The notes: generated by a model from the letters alone, not told the origin. 64,000 bases of DNA from Clostridia bacterium (GCA_050872785.1 JBNMHO010000003.1:12554-76553), one strand, 5' to 3'; positions 21,108 to 31,658 are shown, numbered from the stretch's first letter. Program-made: numbers and translations.

Positions 21108-21133
21108 AAAAGACTGGAAATTCCAGTCTTTTT
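21107..21133. terminator. Bidirectional intrinsic terminator
   Basis: aaaaagactggaa-a-ttccagtcttttt. Confidence 0.85.
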
Positions 21134-21161
21134 GCTTGTATATTTTGTTTGCAAGGGTAGG

Positions 21162-22229
<1,068 letters not shown>

Positions 22230-22282
22230 TTATACAACAAAGACTGTCCATCTTCCAACTTTTAAAACAAACTTTTATACAT

Positions 22283-23305
22283 TTATTTCACTTTTTTTGT
22301 GGAAGTGGTCGCTTTTGGTGTCTTTTTTGTGTTACTTTTAACTGTTTTTGCTTTTGTAGAAGTTTCTTTTGTCACTTTTTCTTTTTTAGTGACGGTCTTT
22401 TTGCTAGTTTTAGTTGTTTTTTCTGACATGGTGCTTTTATCTTCAATTTTTTGACTTTTGCTTGCAGATTTTTTCTCAAATGTTGAGTATTCAATCACTT
22501 TGCCAGTGTTTCTTAAGTCAAAAAAGTGCTTGCAAACCATCATAAGGCAAACGGAAAGTGAAACTATCATGAAAAACACTGACACAAGAGTTATTACAAG
22601 TTGATGTGCGGGGAACAAAATGTCAAGAGTTATCATAAGAGCAAGTGCAACTTCAAATATTATGTTAGACACAATAGCACTCCTCAAGGCAGAAGACTTT
22701 TGATGAAAATCTGGCGAATATGTTTCACTTGTGCCGTCAATGAAGATTGTTTTTGACGAGAAACCCACAAGTGAGTTTGAGTTTTTAAGAAGGCAAGATT
22801 TCTCGGGGAGTGATTGCATAATTTCCACCACATCACGAGAATAAAGTCCCAAAGATAAGACATTTCCGCTGTCTTTCTGATTTGCCACAAGGGAAGAAAA
22901 GAGTTTGGAACAATTTGACCAAAGATTTGCAAAAAAACCTTTTGCTTTGCCAAAACTCTTTGCCAAATGCACAATATCCGCTCCATTTTTGTGTTCTTCA
23001 AGGCACATTTCAAACACAGTGTCAATGCCACACAAAGCACAGTCACCAAGAAGCAAAACATCACCGTCAAAGTCTTTTAGGCAAGTTTTGAAGGCGTCGT
23101 TATAACTAAACTTCTTTTCAAAAACATTGAGCGTTACATTTGGAATGGTTTTAAGATAGGACAGATTTTTGTCATCAGAGTTTTCGCACGCAAAGACAAT
23201 TTTCCTATCTATGTGGGTTTTGTAAAATTCGCTTTTTGAAAATTCCTCAAAAAACCTACTTGCGTCAACATCTTTGAATATTGGAAAAAAATAACATATT
23301 TTCAT
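22283..23305 (-). CDS. Degenerate GT2/GtrB-like glycosyltransferase-fold membrane protein with K/T-rich tail
   Basis: YFFPIF, NSDDK, GADIV, YSRDVV layout; two C-terminal TMs; no clear DxD. Confidence 0.5.
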   Translation of the reverse strand: MKICYFFPIFKDVDASRFFEEFSKSEFYKTHIDRKIVFACENSDDKNLSYLKTIPNVTLNVFEKKFSYNDAFKTCLKDFDGDVLLLGDCALCGIDTVFEMCLEEHKNGADIVHLAKSFGKAKGFFANLWSNCSKLFSSLVANQKDSGNVLSLGLYSRDVVEIMQSLPEKSCLLKNSNSLVGFSSKTIFIDGTSETYSPDFHQKSSALRSAIVSNIIFEVALALMITLDILFPAHQLVITLVSVFFMIVSLSVCLMMVCKHFFDLRNTGKVIEYSTFEKKSASKSQKIEDKSTMSEKTTKTSKKTVTKKEKVTKETSTKAKTVKSNTKKTPKATTSTKKVK

Positions 23306-23428
23306 ACCAAAAGTATAACTTATTCTAAAAAAAAAGAAAACAAAATTTAAGAAAATTTGCAAAAATGGGAATATTTATTTAACAATTTCTAAAAAACAAT
23401 GTAAAATATTGGCATAAAGGAGTAAATT

Positions 23429-24355
23429 ATGGAAAAATTTTTGTTGACTGACGCACTTAAAAACGGATACGCCGTTGGTGCTTTTAACTTTGGAACAATG
23501 GAAGTTTTAAAGGCAATTATTCTTGGGGCAGAGAGCAAAAACTCTCCCGTTATTTGCCAAATTTCTGAAAGTGCAATGAACTTTGTGGGGGATGAATATC
23601 TCAAAAATCTCATTAAGGCTGCAAGAAAAACTTGCCACGTGCCAGTTAGTTTTCACCTTGACCATGGCAGGTCTTTTGAAATGGCAAAAAGAGCAATTAA
23701 GGCAGGTTGCGACTCGGTGATGATTGACGCTTCAATGCTTCCTTATGAAGACAATGTTGCAATCACCAAAAAAGTTGTAGATTATGCACACGCAAAGGGT
23801 GTGTTTGTTGAAGGGGAACTTGGCTCCATTGCTGGCATTGAAGACGAACTGAAAGTTGAAGATAAAAACAGTTTTTACACTTCTCCAAAGCAAGCAAAAG
23901 ACTTTGTAAAACGCACTGGTGTCGATAGCCTTGCAATAGCAATCGGCACAAAACATGGGGCATACAAATATTCTGGTGACGCAAAACTTCGCTTTGACAT
24001 TTTGGAGCAAATTCAAAAGGAAATTCCAAATGTTCCACTTGTTTTGCATGGAGCAAGCGGTGTGGAGAAAAATGACGTTGACGCACTTTATGAACTTGGG
24101 GTCGATATTCGTGGAGCAAAGGGAATTCCAGAACCATTTCTTCAAAAAGCATGCGGCATGCACATTTGCAAAGTAAACGGCGACACCGACCTTAGAATTT
24201 CTTATTTGAAGGGAATTTTGGGAGATATTAAAAACAACAACAAAAACATTGACTACAGAAAATATCTCGCCAGCGGAATGAATGAAATTTCAAAAATTGT
24301 TGCCCACAAAATTGATGTTTATGGCAGTGCAAACAAAGCACCTAAACAATCATAG
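23429..24355 (+). CDS. fba: Class II fructose-bisphosphate aldolase
   Basis: GYAVGAFN, HLDHG, SVMIDAS, VEGELG, PLVLHGASG. Confidence 0.96.
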   Translation: MEKFLLTDALKNGYAVGAFNFGTMEVLKAIILGAESKNSPVICQISESAMNFVGDEYLKNLIKAARKTCHVPVSFHLDHGRSFEMAKRAIKAGCDSVMIDASMLPYEDNVAITKKVVDYAHAKGVFVEGELGSIAGIEDELKVEDKNSFYTSPKQAKDFVKRTGVDSLAIAIGTKHGAYKYSGDAKLRFDILEQIQKEIPNVPLVLHGASGVEKNDVDALYELGVDIRGAKGIPEPFLQKACGMHICKVNGDTDLRISYLKGILGDIKNNNKNIDYRKYLASGMNEISKIVAHKIDVYGSANKAPKQS

Positions 24356-24770
24356 CAACAATCAAAAACAGCGAGCATACAACCGCCAAAACGGACAAAA
24401 CTATGCCAATAATTCCAATGGACTTGCGATTGAGCCTGCATTGCATAACGCCAAATACAAAGCCATAAATTGCAAGGATAATTGAAATTACAATTCCACT
24501 GAAAATATATATAACAAGCATCAAAACATATGACATTCCAATTACGTCAAGTTCCATAAGATTTGCAATCAAGCAACAGCCCGACACAAGCAGGGCAATT
24601 ATGGACAGCATAAGTGACAACTTGCCATATTTTTTGATGTTTTTTCTTTCTTCTTCGGGTTTTTCTTTGTCGGCATTGTAGCCGTTTACAATGTTTCTAA
24701 ACAAGAAAAACCCCGTAACCTTTCCCACCGAGTCCTTTTCATCAAGCCCATTTTTGCTCCTTAACTCCAT
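24342..24770 (-). CDS. Hypothetical membrane protein (3 TM)
   Basis: 142-aa ORF with GGAGG RBS and three hydrophobic helices. Confidence 0.7.
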   Translation of the reverse strand: MELRSKNGLDEKDSVGKVTGFFLFRNIVNGYNADKEKPEEERKNIKKYGKLSLMLSIIALLVSGCCLIANLMELDVIGMSYVLMLVIYIFSGIVISIILAIYGFVFGVMQCRLNRKSIGIIGIVLSVLAVVCSLFLIVAMIV

Positions 24771-24872
24771 TTTCTACCTCCCATTTTATCCATATTTTGT
24801 GCAGAAATTGAACAATTAAAACAAAGTCAATATTTTTATTTAAAACATGTGCAAAAAACACATACCAAAAAC

Positions 24873-24901
24873 TTGACAAGCAGGGAAATATATTTTAGAA
24901 T
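24873..24901 (+). promoter_or_regulatory. sigmaA promoter of poly-G surface gene A
   Basis: TTGACA-17-TAGAAT. Confidence 0.65.
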
Positions 24902-24935
24902 TTTGATATAATAAATTTAAAGGGAGAAAACGAAA

Positions 24936-26535
24936 ATGAGATTTTGGGACAAAATGAGAGTTGGCATGTTGTGCGTAAATTACACGCTTGTCATGGCTCT
25001 TTTGTCCATTATCATCTTCGGAGCAACCCAACAAAGAACTTCCTCAAACGTGTCTGTAAGGTATTCTAGACCCTCATACACCGTGACTTTTGACCCAAAC
25101 GGCGGTGAGTTATCCACAATAGGGGGGGGGGGTATCCTCTAAGCAAGTAACCCTTGGTGACGCCTACGGCGACTTACCATTGCCCACAAAAACGGGTTAT
25201 TCATTTGTCGGTTGGAAATATGGCAATGAACTTGTCACTGCTACAACCAAAAACTTGACCCAAGGCGACCATACCTTGACCGCTTCATGGGGACATTCAG
25301 TTAAATTTGACTATAACAACGGAACCCTATCGAACTCACTTTCTCCAACTTATGCTGGGGAAGTCGGCACAACAACTTCACTTCCAAGCACACTTAACCC
25401 AACCTACTCGGGTCACACCTTTGCGGGCTGGCATTATGGAAAAAATTTAATTGAGCCAACGACATTCACTGGCTCCAATTTTATCGCTCTCGGTCGTGAT
25501 TATATGTACACCGACAAAATTACAATCGTAGTCAGAGCATATATGGACGATTGGACGAAATTTGGCACAAAAAAAACCACCCTTATCAGTTGCACTGAAA
25601 GAGGGGGGTGGTCGTTGAGTAATGAGATTGACTATAATGCTGTCAACTATATTTCATTTGCTATTATGAGTGAAAAGACGAATTTATACATACACACACA
25701 TAGTTCTATAACTTTTTCCCAAATGTCTAGTGGTTATCATACATTTATTGGGACTTTTGATGGCTCATATGCACGCTTATATATTGATGGGATTTTGGTT
25801 GGGACAAGTGCAAATGCTTCAACTACAATAAAATATGATTCATCAAATGGAATATTTGTTGGAGCTGAAGCAGAAGCGAATACAGTTTCTCCTTATGGTT
25901 ATTTTTTTACGGGAAAGGTTGATTATGTATCAATAGAAAATAGCACAATAGACGAAGCAAAAAATATAGGAGCTAACTTAATAACAGAAACCAATTTTGA
26001 TGGGTCAAATTATATTTCACTTGGAAAAGCATATAAGTATAAAAGTAAGATAGCTATAACAGTAATGGCTTCAATGAATGACTGGTCAAAATTCTCTTTA
26101 ATGTCAATGATTTCTTGCACCAATGGCGGTGGCTGGACTATTGAGGCAAAGCAAGACGTAATTTTACTTGCTGCATATGATAATAGTAGCAATGATTACA
26201 ATCGGGTCTCTTCTTCTATAAAGACATCTGAACTAAAAAGTGGATATCATAAATTTGTTGGTATATTCAACGGGGAAAATTTGAAATTATATGTAGATGA
26301 TGAGCTTGTGGCAAATGGGACAAAGTTTGGCTCAAAAAACATTAAATATTATTCCGACAATGGTATATTTGTTGGAGCTGAAGCAGGCAATAATACTTCA
26401 ACCCCAGAAGTAGGTTATTGTCAGTATTTTAAGGGAACAATAAGCCATGTTTTCATTGACAATACGTTTGTGGCAGAAAGAGGTATATATATTTATCAAG
26501 ACTTCGATGTTGTTGCAACGGCAATTTGGAACTGA
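24936..26535 (+). CDS. Frameshifted (phase-variable, OFF) surface protein: signal helix + InlB B-repeats + two LamG-like domains
   Basis: ORFs 24936-25142 and 25180-26535 fuse into 532 aa if G11 becomes G10, restoring TVTFDPNGG...GGGVSSKQVTLGDAYGDLPLPTKTGYSFVGW (B-repeat). Confidence 0.85.
25122..25132 (+). repeat. Poly-G (G11) tract in coding sequence, out of frame
   Basis: ata-GGGGGGGGGGG-tatcctct. Confidence 0.95.
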
Positions 26536-26569
26536 AAATATATTTTAGAACAAATATCCCACAAATCTC

Positions 26570-26598
26570 TTGACAAGTGGGACAAAGTGTGGTAAAGT
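26570..26598 (+). promoter_or_regulatory. sigmaA promoter of rplU operon
   Basis: TTGACA-17-TAAAGT with extended TG. Confidence 0.7.
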
Positions 26599-26599
26599 G

Positions 26600-26660
26600 G
26601 CGGTATCCGCATGGAAAAGGTTTAAAAGTGGGCTTTTGGCTTCACCTTAACAGCGAGTTT
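26600..26660 (+). ncRNA. Probable L21 ribosomal-protein leader
   Basis: ccgca...aagg...cctt...gcgagt structured 5' UTR directly upstream of rplU. Confidence 0.55.
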
Positions 26661-26682
26661 GGAGGATAAGGAGGAAAACAAA

Positions 26683-26994
26683 ATGTATGCTATCGTTCTT
26701 TCTGGCGGAAAGCAATATAAGGCAGAAGAAGGCAAGTTTATTGATGTTGAGAAACTTGACGGAAATGTTGGAGATAAAGTAAATCTCGATGTGCTTTGCG
26801 TGTCAGACGAAAAAGGTCTTGAAACAGGCAAACCTGTTTTGAGCAAGGTTAAGTGTGAAGCAGAAATCATTCTTCAAGGAAAACAAGACAAAATCATCGT
26901 TTTCAAATACAAAGCAAAGAAGAATGAAAGAAAGAAACAAGGTCACAGACAACCTTTCACCAGAGTTAAAATATTGTCGATAAAGAGAGTTTAA
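26683..26994 (+). CDS. rplU: 50S ribosomal protein L21
   Basis: MYAIVLSGGKQYK...KQGHRQPFT. Confidence 0.98.
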   Translation: MYAIVLSGGKQYKAEEGKFIDVEKLDGNVGDKVNLDVLCVSDEKGLETGKPVLSKVKCEAEIILQGKQDKIIVFKYKAKKNERKKQGHRQPFTRVKILSIKRV

Positions 26995-26999
26995 TTTTT

Positions 27000-27329
27000 A
27001 TGACAAAAATTACGGTCACTAAAAAAAATGATGAAATCGTGGAACTGGAATGTGACGGACACACCGATTATGGCGTGAACGGCGAAGACATTGTGTGCAG
27101 TGCATTGTCAAGCATTGTCCAAACAGCTGTTTTGGGGCTTATGATGGTCGCTGGCATAAATGTTTCACTGAAAAGGGACGAAAATAGGGGTTATCTTAAA
27201 CTCGTTCTCCCACAAAACATTTCGCAAGAAGCAAGACACGATGCAAATGTAATCTTAAACACAATGATGTGTGGAATAAGTGACCTGAGGGAAGGTTTTT
27301 CAGATTTTATAGAACTGGAGGTTAAGTAA
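27000..27329 (+). CDS. prp: Ribosomal-processing cysteine protease Prp (YsxB)
   Basis: GH...[10 protein letters not shown] motif, between rplU and rpmA. Confidence 0.93.
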   Translation: MTKITVTKKNDEIVELECDGHTDYGVNGEDIVCSALSSIVQTAVLGLMMVAGINVSLKRDENRGYLKLVLPQNISQEARHDANVILNTMMCGISDLREGFSDFIELEVK

Positions 27330-27330
27330 G

Positions 27331-27624
27331 ATGTTTATTCAGTTGCAATTGTTCGCTCACAAAAAGGGCGGTGGTAGCACAAAGAACGGACGTGACAGTC
27401 AAGCCAAAAGACTTGGCGTTAAATGTGGTGACGGTCAACACGTTCTTGCTGGCAATATTATTGTTCGCCAACGTGGCACAAAATTTTACCCAGGCGACAA
27501 TGTAGGTCTTGGAAAGGACTACACATTGTTTGCACTTCGTGACGGAAAGGTGAAATTTATCACAAAACATGGCGACAAAAAATATGTCACAGTGGTTGAA
27601 GAAACTGCAAAGAAAGCAAAATAA
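27331..27624 (+). CDS. rpmA: 50S ribosomal protein L27 with Prp-cleaved N-terminal extension
   Basis: [23 protein letters not shown]. Confidence 0.98.
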   Translation: MFIQLQLFAHKKGGGSTKNGRDSQAKRLGVKCGDGQHVLAGNIIVRQRGTKFYPGDNVGLGKDYTLFALRDGKVKFITKHGDKKYVTVVEETAKKAK

Positions 27625-27628
27625 ATTG

Positions 27629-27656
27629 AAAATTCCTCGAAATGGGGAATTTTTTT
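27629..27656 (+). terminator. Intrinsic terminator after rpmA
   Basis: aaaattcctc-gaaat-ggggaattttttt. Confidence 0.75.
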
Positions 27657-27657
27657 C

Positions 27658-27686
27658 TTGACAAAATTTATCATATATCCTACACT
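27658..27686 (+). promoter_or_regulatory. sigmaA promoter of poly-G surface gene B
   Basis: TTGACA-17-TACACT. Confidence 0.6.
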
Positions 27687-27721
27687 TTTTGAGAATAATA
27701 AAAATATGGAGGAATTTTAAA

Positions 27722-28610
27722 ATGACTAAAAGGGAACGATTTGTTTTGTGGCTCAATAGGTTTTATCACAAGCAAAATAAGATTACAATTTGTGTCTTAT
27801 ACACCCTCCTTATGGCTATCCTTGGTGTCATTATTTATGGGGCAACTCATCAAAGTTCCTCAAGCAATGTTTCAGTAAAATATACAGTCCCATACTACAC
27901 AATTACCTTCGACCCAAACGGCGGAACCCTCGAAAATGCAGGGGGGGGGGGTATTCTCAAAGCAAGTAAAACTTGGTGACACTTACGGCGATTTGCCACT
28001 GCCAAGCAGACCGGGTTATAGCTTCAACGGTTGGTATGAAGAAGCCCTTGTAACATCAGAATCAGTCCTTTCCACCCCATGCGACAAAACCCTAATCGCC
28101 GAATGGAATGATGGTATACCAGCAGATATGAGAAATTGGGAATTTATAACACCGCCTTATGAAATAGACTTTGCCAATTCGTTTACAAATTGGAATGTCA
28201 GCAATGGGGAAAATAAGTTCGATTTTTGTGGAGTAGGTGGGAGTGAAGTTAAATATACTGCACTTAATCTTGAAAAAAATAAAACATATTCAGTAGTTTT
28301 TGATTATGTTTTGCCAAATTTTACTTATACTGATGCAAACGGGAATTTCCGAGATAAAATGTATTCATATATTGTCAGCATTGATCCTGAAGCAAATTTA
28401 TTATATAATATGACGGATAGGATAGAAACAGTTGTTTCGATTTACACTTTAAATTCAAATACAGACGGGAAAGCCGTCCTATCTTTTACTGCAAGGGAAA
28501 CGGCAAAATATTATCTTGTGGTGAATTTTGGTTATTTGAATGACAATATAACTTATCACTTTGAATTTAATAATTTCACTCTATACACACACCAATGCAC
28601 ATTTGGCTGA
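27722..28610 (+). CDS. Frameshifted (phase-variable, OFF) surface protein: signal helix + InlB B-repeat + CBM-like beta-sandwich
   Basis: ORFs 27722-27979 and 27936-28610 fuse into 295 aa if G11 becomes G10 (TITFDPNGG...GGGVFSKQVKLGDTYGDLPLPSRPGYSFNGWY); paralogous N-terminus to 24936. Confidence 0.85.
27941..27951 (+). repeat. Poly-G (G11) tract in coding sequence, out of frame
   Basis: gca-GGGGGGGGGGG-tattctca. Confidence 0.95.
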
Positions 28611-28699
28611 GTGGTGGGTAGTCTAAATGGTGGGGAAGAAAAATATAAATAATATAATAGGTTTTGGCTTGTTATATTATTTTTTTTGCTGGGGGGATA

Positions 28700-28963
28700 A
28701 TGGTTTCGTTTTTGGAGGAGATTGCAAAGGTTTCGGGGGTTGATCCAAGTGTTGTCGTTGGAAGTAGCAGAGTGTTATATCTTGGTGGCAAGGTTGTTAT
28801 GATAGAAGGCAAGACTAAGTTGGTTGAGATGTCAGACGAACTTGTAAAGGTTAAACTTAAGCGGGGCATGGCGGTTGTTAGTGGCAAAAACTTGAAACTT
28901 AAAAACCTTAATCTTGAAAGTGTTATGATAGTTGGGGACATTGCAGAATTTCAGATTTGTTAA
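28700..28963 (+). CDS. yqfC: YabP/YqfC-family sporulation protein
   Basis: VMIEG...VSGKNLKLKNL...IVGDI pattern, upstream of yqfD. Confidence 0.75.
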   Translation: MVSFLEEIAKVSGVDPSVVVGSSRVLYLGGKVVMIEGKTKLVEMSDELVKVKLKRGMAVVSGKNLKLKNLNLESVMIVGDIAEFQIC

Positions 28964-28996
28964 AGTTGATATGTATAGTTATTAGATTTATGCGAA

Positions 28997-29250
28997 GGCT
29001 CCCCATTGTAAGGGGGAGTGGGTGGGGTCCCCGAAAGTAGCAGCATAGCGAAACTTTTGGGGGAAAAGGAAAGCATGTCCGTAAATTGAGTGGTTGTGTG
29101 AGCAACCTGAATAGAGGACAATGCTTGACGACCCGAGGGGGTAGTCCAGTTTGAGTTATTACTCTATCGTAATATGCTAGTAGAGTAGTTATCCTTGTTG
29201 GACTACCCTTTCGTCAACTTCGTTGACACCTTCCCTTACAAGGGCAGGCA
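28997..29250. repeat. GC-rich multi-hairpin REP/MITE-like element
   Basis: Terminal inverted core TTGTAAGGG (29006-14)/CCCTTACAA (29233-41) plus several internal stems, in an AT-rich intergenic gap. Confidence 0.6.
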
Positions 29251-29327
29251 CACACATTAAATAAATATGCGGTTAATTTTTAGCCTTCAAAAAAAATAAC
29301 ATATTAGTTTATAAAAGTGGGGGATAT

Positions 29328-30245
29328 ATGACGACTTATGAAGTTGTGGGGTTAAATTTTCCAAAGTTTTTAAGCGAGATTGAAAGGCGAAATATATCTT
29401 TAAACAGCCTTGTTAAACTTTCGCATGACAGGTTTTGCGTGGAAGTCGCTTTGGCACAGAAAAAGAAGTTTTTGAACCTTTGCTCGCTTCTTAATATGGA
29501 AGTAACAGAAAAGAAAATTCCCGTTTATGAGCGTGTTTTGCGTGGGATAAAATGCCATGTGCCACTGTCTATTTTTGTAGCAGTTTGCGTGGCTGTTCTT
29601 TTGTTTTCGCAAATGTTTGTGTTCCGAATTGAAGTTTTTGGCGAAACAAGTGTAAGCGAAGATGAGATTGTTTCTGTCTTAAAACAAAACGGCTTTGACA
29701 CGTGGAAAATGCGGGGAAGTTATGACACGCAAGAAGTGGAGCGAGTGCTTACTTCAAACATTCCAAAGATAAGTTTTGCTTCATGCGTTGTGCGTGGCGG
29801 GACACTGGTTGTAAACGTCTATGAAAAAATTGATGCGGAGAAGTCTTTAAGTGCGGGCAAGCCTATTGTTGCACCTTGCGACTTGATAATTGAAGAAATT
29901 TCTTGCACCAGCGGAACAGTGGTCAAACACCAAGGGCAAACGGCAAAGACGGGCGAGAGCATTGTTGAGAATTTTATCATGCTAGGACAAACGAAAATTG
30001 ACATTCCCGCGCATGCAACATTTACTGCAAAAGTGGAGCAGAGTATAAGTCAATTTTTGACACAAAAGACACAAGATGATATGGACATAAAAAAAGTGGT
30101 TGAAGAAAACAAAAGAATGTTGTATAATATGTTATCAGAAGCAAAACTTCTGGACAATATTGAAGAAGAAACAGAACTTTTGGAAACGGAAAACGGGTGC
30201 TTGGTGATAAGCCGTTTTAGAACTAAAATTGAAATTTCTTCATAA
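29328..30245 (+). CDS. yqfD: Sporulation protein YqfD
   Basis: TM then POTRA-like IEVFG..., IVAPCD...G; context yqfC-yqfD-ybeY-era. Confidence 0.8.
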   Translation: MTTYEVVGLNFPKFLSEIERRNISLNSLVKLSHDRFCVEVALAQKKKFLNLCSLLNMEVTEKKIPVYERVLRGIKCHVPLSIFVAVCVAVLLFSQMFVFRIEVFGETSVSEDEIVSVLKQNGFDTWKMRGSYDTQEVERVLTSNIPKISFASCVVRGGTLVVNVYEKIDAEKSLSAGKPIVAPCDLIIEEISCTSGTVVKHQGQTAKTGESIVENFIMLGQTKIDIPAHATFTAKVEQSISQFLTQKTQDDMDIKKVVEENKRMLYNMLSEAKLLDNIEEETELLETENGCLVISRFRTKIEISS

Positions 30246-30258
30246 CAAAGGAAACATT

Positions 30259-30759
30259 ATGAAAGTTGAAATAAACGATTACGCATTGTCAAAAAATTTT
30301 ACAAAACTCATTGGAAAGTTGCTTAAAACTGCAAACAAATATTCAAAATTCAATCAACGAAAAGTGCAAGTGGCAATTAGTTTTGTGGACAAAGACGAAA
30401 TTCAAAAATTGAACAAGGAAACCCGTGGCATAGACAAGCCAACGGACGTTTTGTCATTTCCAACCTTAAACCTTGTCTCACTTCAAAAAATTAACATGAA
30501 AGATCCAGAAATTAGGTGCGACATTGACCCAGAAACCAAACACCTTATGCTTGGCGACATAGTTATTTGCGAAGATGTTGCAAGGAAAAATGCCGAGGAA
30601 TATGGACACAGTTTTGAAAGGGAAATTTGCTATCTTGTTGTGCATGGATTCTTGCACCTTTTGGGTTATGACCACATGGAAGAAGACGACAAAATTGTTA
30701 TGCGTGCGCTAGAGGAAGCAGTGCTTAAAAAATATAACATAACGAGAGATGAAAAGTGA
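30259..30759 (+). CDS. ybeY: rRNA maturation RNase YbeY
   Basis: PTDVLSFP, HGFLHLLGYDH. Confidence 0.96.
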   Translation: MKVEINDYALSKNFTKLIGKLLKTANKYSKFNQRKVQVAISFVDKDEIQKLNKETRGIDKPTDVLSFPTLNLVSLQKINMKDPEIRCDIDPETKHLMLGDIVICEDVARKNAEEYGHSFEREICYLVVHGFLHLLGYDHMEEDDKIVMRALEEAVLKKYNITRDEK

Positions 30760-31658
30760 AAATTAAGTGTGGATTTGTAGCCGTTGTTGGCAAGCCCAAT
30801 GCGGGCAAAAGCAGCCTTGTAAATGCAATTATTAAGGAAAAGGTTTCAATCGTTTCGCCAAAACCACAAACAACGAGAAATAACATTTTGGGGATATATA
30901 ACAGTGACCACAGCCAAATTGTTTTTGTGGACACACCTGGCATAAACAAAACTTCAACGGGCCTTGACAAATTTATGCAAAAGAGCATAAAAGGGGCAGT
31001 GAGTGACGTTAATGCGGTTATTATTGTTTGCGACATAACAAAAGGCGTGGATAGGGTGGAAACTGACCTTGTAGAAAAATATAACAAGGAAAATATCCCA
31101 GTCGTGCTTGTTTTGTCCAAAATTGACCTTGTGAGCGATGAAGTGGTGTTTAAAACATTGCAACAATTATCTCCACTTGCGACACAGTGCGAGATTGTTC
31201 CGCTTTCAAGCATAAAGGACAGAAACGTTGAAACAGTGATTGACGTGGTGGAGAAATTTCTTCCAGAAGTTGACGAAAGAAACAAATATTTTGACGATGA
31301 CGAATACACAGACAAACCCCTAAACTTTTTGGTGGCGGAGATTGTTAGGGAAAAAGCGCTATACTATCTCGATAGGGAAATTCCACATGGCATAGCCGTT
31401 GTAACTCAAAGATTTGAGGAAGACGAAAACTTGATAGATATTGACGTTGACATTGTTTGCGACAAGAATTCACATAAAGCAATTATCCTCGGCAAACAAG
31501 GAACTATGCTCAAAAAAATCGGGCATGACGCTCGTGTTACAATTCAAAAAATTGTCCAAAAAAAGGTTATGCTAAATATTTTTGTTAAAGTTAAACCAAA
31601 TTGGAAAAATAATTTGGAGTTTTTGGATAGTTTGGGTTATAATATAAACGAGTTGTAG
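30756..31658 (+). CDS. era: GTPase Era
   Basis: GKPNAGKSS, PQTTR, DTPG, KH domain. Confidence 0.97.
   Translation: MKIKCGFVAVVGKPNAGKSSLVNAIIKEKVSIVSPKPQTTRNNILGIYNSDHSQIVFVDTPGINKTSTGLDKFMQKSIKGAVSDVNAVIIVCDITKGVDRVETDLVEKYNKENIPVVLVLSKIDLVSDEVVFKTLQQLSPLATQCEIVPLSSIKDRNVETVIDVVEKFLPEVDERNKYFDDDEYTDKPLNFLVAEIVREKALYYLDREIPHGIAVVTQRFEEDENLIDIDVDIVCDKNSHKAIILGKQGTMLKKIGHDARVTIQKIVQKKVMLNIFVKVKPNWKNNLEFLDSLGYNINEL

Noticed and set aside
28691-28696. Short G6 run (also 25603-25608) as an extra phase-variable tract
   Set aside because: Too short; the first is a Shine-Dalgarno site, the second lies in ordinary in-frame RGGW codons.
28997-29250. tRNA, RNase P, tmRNA or SRP RNA identity for the structured element
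   Set aside because: No cloverleaf/TTCGA, GAGGAAAGTCC or other diagnostic motifs recognised; inverted termini fit a repeat element better.
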